DNA of 62,904 nucleotides, counting the filler, from Choristocarpus tenellus KU-1152 (taxonomy: Eukaryota > Protista > Phaeophyceae), in NCBI GenBank assembly GCA_964200185.2. It is 11 parts of 11 records of this genome, joined end to end, with 100 filler letters (N's around TTAATTAATTAA, not from the genome) between each part and the next. Parts side by side here need not be neighbours in the genome. Positions count along the whole stretch, not along the records: positions 50,204 to 53,708 come from CAXNAD020019571.1; positions 53,809 to 57,297 come from CAXNAD020019685.1; positions 57,398 to 60,268 come from CAXNAD020024049.1; positions 60,369 to 62,904 come from CAXNAD020026964.1; 7 more parts are not named here. One strand, given 5' to 3'. Position 1 is the stretch's first letter. The number at the start of each line of letters is the position of its first letter. The notes beneath the pieces are model-generated. The model was not told the DNA's origin. It worked only from the letters and a program-made list of their open reading frames with translations, and ran no database searches. The position numbers and the translations under genes are program-made. Below are positions 53,201-62,904 of this stretch, in pieces.

Positions 53201-53964
53201 CTACAAAGGCAAACACATTACATACATATTTTTTTCTCAATCCTGAGCCTGAACTTCATGCCTTTCCCACATGCCTCACCATTCACCTTAAAAACTTCTC
53301 ATATAAAAAAATATCAACTCCTCTATATCACGCATACAAATCGTTTTTGGAAAAAAACCCCCAATGGATTATATTTTTTTGCAAAATGCTTTCCTTTTTT
53401 TTTTGTAAATGCATTGACTTTTTCCTTTGCTGTAATTGTCCTTGTCATTTGTACATACATACATACACATACATAGAAATAAGGTTGGGGTTCAGCCGGC
53501 GATATGGGACAATCAAGAAAAAAAAGTCAATCGTTGATATCAGTGTGTGTTGGGATCACTTTTAACATCTTGTTACACACATCACAACTCGATGTTCCCC
53601 TTCAGACTTTAGAGTAATTCATTTCTTCATATTCCTTCGCTTCGACCCCCCCCCCCCCCCCCCCCCCCCCCACCCACCACCCACTCCCACACAAACACCC
53701 CCTCCCACNNNNNNNNNNNNNNNNNNNNNNNNNNNNNNNNNNNNNNNNNNNNTTAATTAATTAANNNNNNNNNNNNNNNNNNNNNNNNNNNNNNNNNNNN
53801 NNNNNNNNGTTGGCGGGCTGGTGTGGGGGCAACACGGGGGGAGACGTAGGCGACACAAACCACCCCCTTGCTGTGGAAGCAACTGGCATGGTCTTTTCGA
53901 GCAACAGGCGGTCTTGGGCAGTAGTGAGAAGGTATAGGAGTTACTGTAATTGCAGACGAGCGTA

Positions 53965-54600
53965 TAAACTTTGTTTTATCCTTTTCATGAGCGGTGTGAG
54001 ACCACCCTTTCGATTCCACCGATCCTGAAAATCCGTGCGTCACATTTTTCAGAAGTTGTAAATCAGATTATATGCGTGATGTATATTTTTATTGGACATT
54101 TCAAATGTATCAGTATTTTGTATCTTTGAAGATACCAAACACATGCTCCATTGTTATTGTATATCTTCAATGTTCCGAGATCAACTTTGTTTCGTCCTCG
54201 GGCGATAGAAGGGCTCACCCATTCGATTCCACCGATCCTGAAAATCTGTGGTTACATTTTCAGAATTTGTAAATTAGATTATATGCGTGATGCATATTAT
54301 TTTTGGAAATTTTAAATGTATCAGTGTTTGTATCTTTGAAGATACCAAACATATACTTCATTGATATTGTTCATTTCCAATGTTCCGAAGTCAACTTTGT
54401 TTCACCCTCGGGTTGTCAGTGGAACCACCCTTTCGATCCCACGGAAATTGAAAAATCCGTGCGTCGCATTTTCAGAAGAAGAGGTTGTAAATCAGATGTT
54501 TCCTGTTAATTATGTTTCTATAGAATACAATTATATCAGTTTTTTTTTGTGTTTTTGAAGGTATCAATCACATACTTATTTTTTCTTGTATGTTTCCACT
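53965..54600 (+). repeat. 210-bp tandem monomers (~3 copies) upstream of the ParB-like ORF
   Basis: Blocks such as ttcgattccaccgatcctgaaaatc, agattatatgcgtgatg and gtatctttgaagatac recur at a period of about 210 bp (54120 and 54330). Confidence 0.9.
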
Positions 54601-54685
54601 TTACAGCAACCAGGTTTAGAAAAAAAACAACCCCAGCCCTCTACGTAATTGAAGTCCATCAACTTATCGAATCGGATATGACTAG

Positions 54686-54900
54686 TAGTAAAAGTATCTT
54701 GGAGGGTACGTTTTTAGCCTTGTTTGTCCGTTTGGGGCTTGGCATCACACGTCTCTTTTAAAGACGTTATCCTATTATTACTGAATAATTTAGATTAGGT
54801 AGGAGGTGTGTATGGAAAAAAGGATATTGACACACCCTAACATACACAACAGCCCAAATTTAATCAAGATCGCAATATTTGAATTTGCCCCAAATACACG
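54686..54900 (+). mobile_element. MITE family B, degenerate and right-truncated
   Basis: aaaagtatcttggagggtacg...tttgtccgtttggggcttggc...aaggatattgacac...gccccaaat. Confidence 0.7.
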
Positions 54901-54909
54901 ACAAACAGA

Positions 54910-55177
54910 GAGCCAGAGTATCTTATAGGGTAGAAGAGTCGCGTCCATTTGGGAGCCAATATCCAATATATAGTACTGAACATAGTTATGATCATCTTGT
55001 TTGTTGTGAAGTATCAGTGTTCGTGTTCTGGACACAGTTTTCAATAACTTTTGCATTTCACCCACTACTACTCCAGAACGTTCTGGAGCAGGAAAGTGTC
55101 AAAATGAAACCCATGGGAAGCCAAGCCTCAAATTGAGAAACAGAGCAAAACTCGTACCCTCTAATATACTTTCACTC
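54910..55177 (-). mobile_element. MITE family B, full-length, reverse orientation
   Basis: gagccagagtatcttatagggtag ... gtaccctctaatatactttcactc; a 4-bp TSD is not clean here. Confidence 0.78.
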
Positions 55178-55861
55178 AGACTCGACCCTAACCTCTAACT
55201 TGCTCTGAGTCACACAGCGATTGTCATAAACATATTTGTCGAAAATAATAGTCACCTTATATAAACGTGCGCACCACCTACAACGTATTCGATATGAGTA
55301 ACTTCACAAGTGGTTTAGGGTTAGGGTTTATTTAAACCCTACGGACGGACTTCAGGGGTGTCAAACGTTTTAATTTCAGAAACCTAAGAGGTCATTCCAA
55401 CTGGTACATATGGTTTATTTAACCATATGTAGCACAAAGAAGCGGCTCTTTCGTATTCCTACTAACCAGTTACCATGAATACAGTTGAACACTCAGAACA
55501 TGTGCAGTAGGGTTTTTCAAAAGTAGAATTGTAGTCTAATCTTTACACCAACAAATATAGATACAAACCACATTCCTTATTGATCTCATACGTTCAAAAC
55601 GTGATAGTAGGCCGAAAGGGTAAAAAAAATACGGACACCCTCTGTCTCAGTTCAATATGAAATCATATGCTGTTTGATATTCGTATTTTTGTAATGCAAA
55701 TCTCATAAAAAAAGTGCAATCTGAGTTTTTAGGATCGAAAGGTCAGACCACATAAAACATCACCTACCCTCCCTCAGTCCTCATTTCAATTCATTCCCTT
55801 CCGTAGATACCAAGCAGACCTCTTACTTGCCCATCCCCATCACACTAACCCAATCTTAGTC

Positions 55862-56356
55862 ATGTCCAACATTTCAAGAACAACAGTCCACCCGCCCGCC
55901 GATGGGAAAGGTTTGGAACCCAGGAGCCAGGACCTACGCCAAGCTAGCATGTCCCGGCTTTTGGATGATCATTATATAGGGTCATTCAAAACGAAGCTAG
56001 GGAACATAGTCTGCACGGATATGGTGCATCCCCTCAGTGTACGGGGCCTGGAGCGCGTTGCGAAGTCAATCAATGATAAAGGCTGGCTGGACCAGTTCGC
56101 CCCGAGTGTGGTCGTCCAGCGAGAATGTCTAGGCAATGTGGACCATCTCAACAACGAAACAGCGCTTGCCATGGAAGGGCGAGTATTGGATGGAAACCAC
56201 AGGATAACCGTGCTGAAGAGATTGTACGATCCCGAGCGCGCTTTCACTACGCGGATCTACGTGGAGTTCAACCCAACAGAAGAGAGGCTAATTGCTGTGC
56301 AATATAGACTAGTAGTCTGTATGGTTTATAGTGTAAAAGTGAATGAAGTAATGTAA
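55862..56356 (+). CDS. ParB/Sulfiredoxin-like N-terminal domain protein (first exon or ORF of a repeated element)
   Basis: VHPLSVRGLERVAKSINDKGWLDQFAPSVVV ... RVLDGNHRITVLKRL matches the ParB/Srx pattern L..LA.SI...G.L.P..V ... .lDG.HR..A...L. GC-rich coding-like composition; ATG follows a leader conserved in a second copy. Confidence 0.72.
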   Translation: MSNISRTTVHPPADGKGLEPRSQDLRQASMSRLLDDHYIGSFKTKLGNIVCTDMVHPLSVRGLERVAKSINDKGWLDQFAPSVVVQRECLGNVDHLNNETALAMEGRVLDGNHRITVLKRLYDPERAFTTRIYVEFNPTEERLIAVQYRLVVCMVYSVKVNEVM

Positions 56357-56584
56357 CTTGAACTTACAAGAGACTGACGTAGTGTAACTTGAACTTATAA
56401 GTGACTGACGTAGTGTAACTGTCACAAACATGTTTAAACATATCTCTGACGTGTTTGATGACGAATGAATTAGATAACAAGGGAGAGCACCACCCCACCT
56501 TGAGGATAGTGCTCACTCCGCTAATAAACAAATCCATACCACATAAAGCAAAATACTCTATCAGAGTAGCTCTCTTTTGCATAG

Positions 56585-57297
56585 GTTATGAGCCTCATTG
56601 GTATGTAAGCGGACCCCGTATGCTTCCACTATGGAGTGGAGCGCGGGGGCATACAAGGGAGAAGTATGCAGAATGGCGGATGGCGCTGGTGAGCTATGCG
56701 GGCGGCAAGAGACTGTACTGCATCCTACAATCAGCATACCGCATTCCTGTACCTCCCACAGCTGATACATCATTCGAGGAACGCTGCACGTTTGATGAAT
56801 ACGTCAGGCATCGCGAAGCCTTGTGGTTCCTGCTGGGACAGGCCACGAGGGGTGCTGCAGCTATGGTGGTCAGCTTGCATGGTCAACATGTACGAGAGGA
56901 GGCAGCCCCAACAGGAGGGGAGCCTGTCTCGAATTAGAGCAGATCTATTGAGGGCGCGCTGTGAGTCAGCGGTCCATGCAGCTCATAGCTCCAGAGATGA
57001 AATTGTGCGACATGTACTGCTCGTCAGTAGAGGACACTGCAGATTTCGTCATTGGTCTCGATCATATCAGGACAAGAGTACGAGCAGCTGGAGGCAGCCA
57101 AGATCATGCCAAGAAAGGAGCTCTGATCATTGGCATCAGGGACAGCATGCTGTAGGTATTTACGCAGATGTGTCCGCAAGGAGGATGAGAGATCCTCATG
57201 CAGCTCAACAAAGGAGGAGTTCTGATCATAGACATCAGGGACAGCATGCCGCAGGTATTTGCGCAGATGTGTCCGTATGGAGGACGAGATCCCCATG
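56585..57297 (+). pseudogene. Probable downstream exon(s) of the ParB-like gene, disrupted
   Basis: Acceptor ctctcttttgcatag| then coding-like YEPHWYVSGPRMLPLW...EALWFLLG, with a stop at 56937, a frame change and a ~99-bp duplication (57122/57221). Confidence 0.4.
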
Positions 57298-59080
57298 NNN
57301 NNNNNNNNNNNNNNNNNNNNNNNNNNNNNNNNNNNNNNNNNTTAATTAATTAANNNNNNNNNNNNNNNNNNNNNNNNNNNNNNNNNNNNNNNNNNNNCAA
57401 GCAATCTTGTCGGGTTTATCACCTTTATCCTCCTTGATGATTTTGGGGATACTTTAACACATCCTAAGGTGGACATCCCTCAATTTACCAATGTAACCCA
57501 TTGAAACTGATGTCATTGTTGATCATTGGTTCTCTTATACCCAAAGCATTTCGCAGTGGGAAATTATGTAGAAAGTAAGTTGTCACAGATACAGAAGTAA
57601 GCTCATTTGTTTGAAAAGGAGTATGAAATGTGCATTTGAACAGGCCAAGATCGTTTCCAACGTTCAGCAGTTCATGTTTGTCTGTTAGATATATAATCCT
57701 TCTTGGGAAGAGTCTCTCTAGAAGGATAGATTTATATTCCTAAGGTTACTACGACAGGATATTCCAAAGATAAGCTAGGGTGATGGATGGATGAGTAGAT
57801 TGATCCTTTTTTGTATTGATACCGAAGGGTTATTTCTTCCAGTTCATTGTCAACTTACCTGTAACAGCGTAAAAAAACTATAGCTGATGCTACACGAAGT
57901 ACTTGGAGGAAATGAAGCAGAACATGAAGCCACGGCACAATCCGTATGGACGTCAGCAAACAGAAAATTTGTATATATTTTATGCAATTACTTACTTACT
58001 TACTTCAAAGTAGAATCGTCATGGATTGTTAGCAAAGATTTGAAGCATATTGTAAGCTGCATAACAGTGTGGGGCATGAATGAGACAAGCGCAAGGTTCA
58101 TCATTTTCCTAACTCTCACTCAAGTACATCCACTGAAGAGACCAGTCCATGTTTGTGCATATCTAACAGCCAATCATCAAAATTAAGGATGGAGCTTTTT
58201 ATTGAGGATGGGCAAGAGCCGGAATGGTGCGCGGAAAGTGCATATATATTTTTGGTAAAAAATATTTCGGTGCTTGTGGAGGGCACCGCTACGATTTGGA
58301 AGCAACCTCGACCAATCCAAAGGTACAGGGACGGACGGGCCCCCCGGGGGGGGAGCAGTAACGGTTTGGCATGCTTATATGTATCATACACTACATACTG
58401 TATTATACAATACATACATACGTCTTCTTCCACTAGTTATAAATATTTATTCAAGGGTGATGTAGTTTGTAGAAGAAAGGGATAGATAGGTCACATCCAC
58501 CAAAAAACTAATCAACCGAGTCGACAAAGAACAACGAACACATGTTTCATACCATACATACACGCAAAGCTTGTACTTCGTATATATTTTTAGCTTTAAT
58601 GACTGTTATTATCGGGTAATTTTGGCAAGCTTAGTAAGCAAGGTCAGTCACCACACTGCCACTATGTTGAGCCATCTCATTATCATCTTTTATGTTAGAG
58701 GTCGTATTTTTGTACGTAGCTGCCAATCTTCATACAAGAGGCAGCATCGACCTGCACTTTGACATTATAATTGGTAATGGAAAAAAGTATGTATACAATA
58801 AACAGGACACAACAGACAACAGTGAGAGTTTCTCGTTCGCCGGCACGCTTTGCATGCTGACTTGCCTTTAATGTATGTATGTATATCCTCCACCACCGCA
58901 TAGTCGGGTGCTTTAAGCTCCTCCACCTTTCGTTTCCCCCCTGCCACGCACATGCAGTCGCTTTTTTAAGTACAACAAGCCGCTGAGCATATCAGGGAGA
59001 TAGATGATGAAAGATCACACAAAATAAAAGAAAATTACATTGATGTACGGCGTCAAGCACACGTACGTATATATGGATGG

Positions 59081-59850
59081 GAGCAACTGTCATGGTGTTT
59101 TCAGGCAACAGGCGGTCTTAGGCAGTGAGAAGGTCTAGGAGTGAATTGGATTCGAAGTCGGGCGTACAATGTTTGAGTTTGAAGAGACCCGTCGGACCAA
59201 AATGAAATCCGTGTTCTGGAAAATGTGTTTATTCTCACTGCGATGAAATAAAAACTAGATTATATTCTGGTTTCAGGCAACAGGCGGTCTTCGGCATGAT
59301 TGAATTGAATTCGAAGCCGGGCGTAAGATGTTTGAGTTTCGAGTGATCCAACAGACCAGCCTGAAATCCATGTTCCGTAAAATACGTATATTCTGGTTAT
59401 TATGAAATACAAAATCAGATTATATTCACAATTTCAATAAATAAAAATATAAACCACATACTTGATTGATCTAATACGTTTCAAATGTTCCGAAACAAAA
59501 AGGTGACAAAAAATTGATACTCTCCATTTGTTTTAAATATGTAATCGTATACTGTTCGATATTCATATTTTTTTTACATAATTATCAACGGAAAGAGAAC
59601 TTTGAGTTTCTTGGGGACCGACGGACCACATGAAAGAAAGCAGCACCTCCCAGCCCTCACTCCTCACTTCCATTCCTTCCCTTCCGCACATACAACCAGC
59701 ATCTCTTTCTTATCCCCGTCACATCTTCCCAATCTTTGCCATGTCCAACATTCGCTCAATAACGACCCCCGCGCGCGCGCCAAGGGCACTGCCCACAGAT
59801 CGAGAGCTTCGGACAGCAATGCCAAGGGCATGGCAAACAGAGGATACGGG
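59081..59850 (+). mobile_element. Second, truncated copy of the leader + monomer + MSNI-ORF cassette
   Basis: Leader agcaactgtcatggtgttttcaggcaacaggcggtcttaggcagtgagaaggtctaggagt matches 53878-53941. 172-bp tandem units at 59099 and 59271. 59600-59752 matches 55720-55873, including atgtccaacatt. Confidence 0.75.
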
Positions 59851-60368
59851 AGTGTTGTTGTTGTTGATGATGCCTCGTTCGTCCAGTAGTTCAAGCTGGT
59901 TGTTCATGTGTCTGTTGCACTCCTGGTAACGTGCTTACCATTGTTGGCGCCTGTGCTTGCTTCAGGTGACATGTAGAGTGTCTCACGGTGGCGGGGGGAG
60001 GAGGGGTACAACGAATGAGCAGCAAATTGAAAAAAGCTCATGGTTTTTTTCTTTTTTAAATATGCTGGAAGATTTTTTTTTACCACAAGCTACCATTGGT
60101 TTCAGTTGCCTTCTTCTGCTTCTCTCTGTTGTTGTCATGCGATATGCTACAAGTCCAACAACTTGCCCGAGGAAATAGATAAATGCCGATCGGCGTATCT
60201 GACAGGGTGGGGGGGGGGGGGGGGGGGGGGCAACCAAAAAAAAAGCTACTGGGGGGCGGGGGGAGAGGNNNNNNNNNNNNNNNNNNNNNNNNNNNNNNNN
60301 NNNNNNNNNNNNTTAATTAATTAANNNNNNNNNNNNNNNNNNNNNNNNNNNNNNNNNNNNNNNNNNNN

Positions 60369-60392
60369 CCCCCCTCCCAGATACTTTGGGTC
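60369..60392. mobile_element. MITE family A-type right terminus at a contig start (similar end at 19640-19677)
   Basis: cccctcccagatactttgggtc. Confidence 0.65.
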
Positions 60393-62795
60393 ACTACTTT
60401 CCCACCAAGTCAGACAGTCATGCGTGTATCTGCCTCAGTGGAAAAGTGGTTTCTCAATATTTTACAAAATCAGAGGCCTTGAAGCTAACCCAGCATAATC
60501 CGTGGGTCATCACCCAATAGTTGACTAATCACCCACTCTCCCCAAGTGATCATCTCAACCTTTGTGTTTCCCTTACTTCCATCTCAGACCACACTCCATC
60601 TGTTTATTCTCCCACCATAGAGAGTTGGGAAAACGGTCCAGCCAGGATTCGATCCCACAACCTCTGATTTTTGTAGACGAGGTATCTGTCTGCCCCGATA
60701 GAATAGTGGTATCCCAATGTATGACATAGCCAAATGAGGAGCTGATGCTCGAAACTCAATCACGAGGGGTATTACCCACACTAATCCCCCTGCACTCCTT
60801 TTCCCCGTAAGTCTAGCATAATAGAAAGGGCAACGACTGTGTTCCATGTAGTTCTTGCTATGTGGGGACAGTCACATTAAAGGTCATATTCTGCATCCCT
60901 CATTGAAGAGATACTGAAAAGACCAAGTGTTTTGATATAGTTACCGTAGAAATCTGTTTGCAGGCTGATGGATGACAGATGGATGGGGCAAAACGAATAG
61001 GGGGAAGTCCCATCAAAACCAATGGTATCCAAGAGGGGAGGTCAGGCATCCATTCGGGGCCTGTGTGAACCTGCAGAGATGACCATTTCATCTGAGTGAA
61101 CATGTCAGATGCAAGAGCAATTCTCTTCATCTGAACGCACCTTCATGTTCCATCCCCCTTCCTGAACCAAATCTGAAGGAAATTCACTTGCAAAAAAGGC
61201 GTCAAACTGAATGATCTTACACCATACCATCAAGCCCCAAATGGGTAGAGCTAAACACCCCCCTCTCATGGCACTATGGCACCAAACGAAAAGGAAAGGC
61301 ATAGCCTGTGCCATGTCTGGGACCGCAGGGGGTGTACAGAGTGTCGCTTTTTTCTGAACGGTGGTTAAAATGTTGACCATTGTCAATTCTCTCTCTCAAA
61401 AGCAGCGTTTCTTGTCAGTTAGCTAGGTGAACAAAGCAGGATCACGTCTAAACAGGGGAGGAGGCAATAAAACTATATATGTGAGACCAATCATCCACAC
61501 CTTTCATATCTCTGTCTCATACCACAGGAGATATTGTCAATTTGCACGTATCCCCCCAACAACATCAAGTGGAGATGGAGGCAGGTCTTGAGGTCAGTCT
61601 CAATCTAGTTCTATGTCCCACCATGTCAATCCTTTGCGGAACATACAATATTTATTAGCTTACCTACCTGGCTCTTTTGTATGCCGAAGTATAGATTGCG
61701 TTGAGTTAGAGATGGTTTGCCTAATGAATGTAGAGGTAACATAGTGTATGAAGAATAAAGTGCAGCAGAGATTTTGACAGTATTGCTGCCTGTCGGTGTC
61801 TCAACACATAGTGCTCTTTGGTTCATTTTCCTTAGCAACAAACATATAACACACCAATGGGCAGGTGGCATCAGGGAGCAGTGCAGCTTGCAATGTGGAA
61901 GGGGTGGGGGTATGCCCTCAGAGGAGAACACTGGGGTAACTCAGTTCAAAAGGTAAATGGAACCATATCAGAAATATCAAGGCGATATATGAGGTCTCGC
62001 AGCCAATGCACCCTATTATCTCTGCACACCCTGGAGATTATTCTACTGATGAAAATGTCTGCTTTTCTTATCACACCCCTTGATCGCAACCCTAATTGTA
62101 ACACTAATTGTTTGGTAACATGTGATCAAAGATAGTGATACTCTTGCCAAAAGCCATGCTAACAAAGATGTATTCATGGTGGTATTATCACAATCTCCAG
62201 AAATGGTCGAAACAATTCATTCTTGAAATTGCGAAAGATCCTTTCATCAGCTGTGTAATTTTTTGTCAGTGTCAGCCTCTCTTCTGCAATGATGCCTTCG
62301 TTTCTGGGGGTTTCTACTGCCTACGTCAAAACTCGAAAACGGGGTGTATTACACTGGGTTAGAAAAAATGATATTTTTATATTAAACAAGAACGTGTGTA
62401 TCCTTCAGGTAGTCCTCCTCTATATCATAAGTCTGTATCGTTATGGGGTTTTTTTAATAGCCTTTTCAAATGTGAGATTTAGAGATAACATATAATATCA
62501 TTCGAAAGTCAACAACTTCGGCTTGGGCATAGATATCTTCAAAATATTTTTTCATTTCAAAATGGTTGAGAAACCATCCCCCTGAATACAAACGTTTTTT
62601 CTTGGAAATGGAAGATTTTGGATCACTTTATCCCCATGGACTTAGATGCATACAACACAGCCACAACTTGGTGGATTGAGGGAGAGAATGAGAGTGACAA
62701 GTAATTAAGTAATATAATGTTAGAAACGGCAAGGAATCCAACGCATCAGTGTCTTCATTGGATGAGACGTTATGGTCGATTAACCATAATTTACA

Positions 62796-62904
62796 GGCTC
62801 AAAGTATCAGGGGGGGGGGGTGGCGGCTGTCCATTTGGGGTGAATTTTTCATGTCGCGATTTTTGGGTTATTTGGTTGCATACGTTGGATGGATAACGTA
62901 AATG
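62796..62904 (+). mobile_element. MITE family A left part, running off the window
   Basis: ggctcaaagtatcagggg...ggctgtccatttgggg...catgtcgcgatttttgggttatttggttgcatacg. Confidence 0.85.

Noticed and set aside
53965-54600. CRISPR array with a palindromic repeat
   Set aside because: The whole 210-bp units are homologous; there are no unique spacers.
60630-60680. tRNA gene (GGATCGAATCC B-box-like; similar at ~29025 and ~42930)
   Set aside because: No cloverleaf or A-box could be built; at most decayed SINE heads.

Overview
This is eukaryotic nuclear DNA, most consistent with a brown alga or other stramenopile (inference from GT-AG introns, scattered TTAGGG repeats and WARxNGCPWD ankyrin repeats). 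It is 11 contigs joined by 10 artificial 100-bp linkers (N44-TTAATTAATTAA-N44), so adjacency across linkers is not biological. Genes reconstructed by hand from splice sites and phase are: a partial EF-hand SLC25 carrier (5 exons, minus); a 4-exon ankyrin gene head-to-head with an unknown multi-exon gene; two exons of a dsRBD protein; a probable terminal exon; and an intronless ankyrin pseudogene. The rest is transposon debris: a Stowaway-like MITE, three related MITE families with 4-bp TSDs (Sola-like), RLE-type non-LTR elements with a 3' stem-loop tail, Merlin/IS1595 remnants, and weak copia, gypsy and hAT traces. The most unusual feature is a repeated cassette found on two contigs: conserved leader, tandem ~170-210-bp monomers, conserved 5' leader, and an ORF starting MSNI that in the longer copy encodes a ParB/Sulfiredoxin-like (DGNHR) domain. 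The probable last exon of the ankyrin gene also appears to be an in-frame exonised Merlin transposase fragment.
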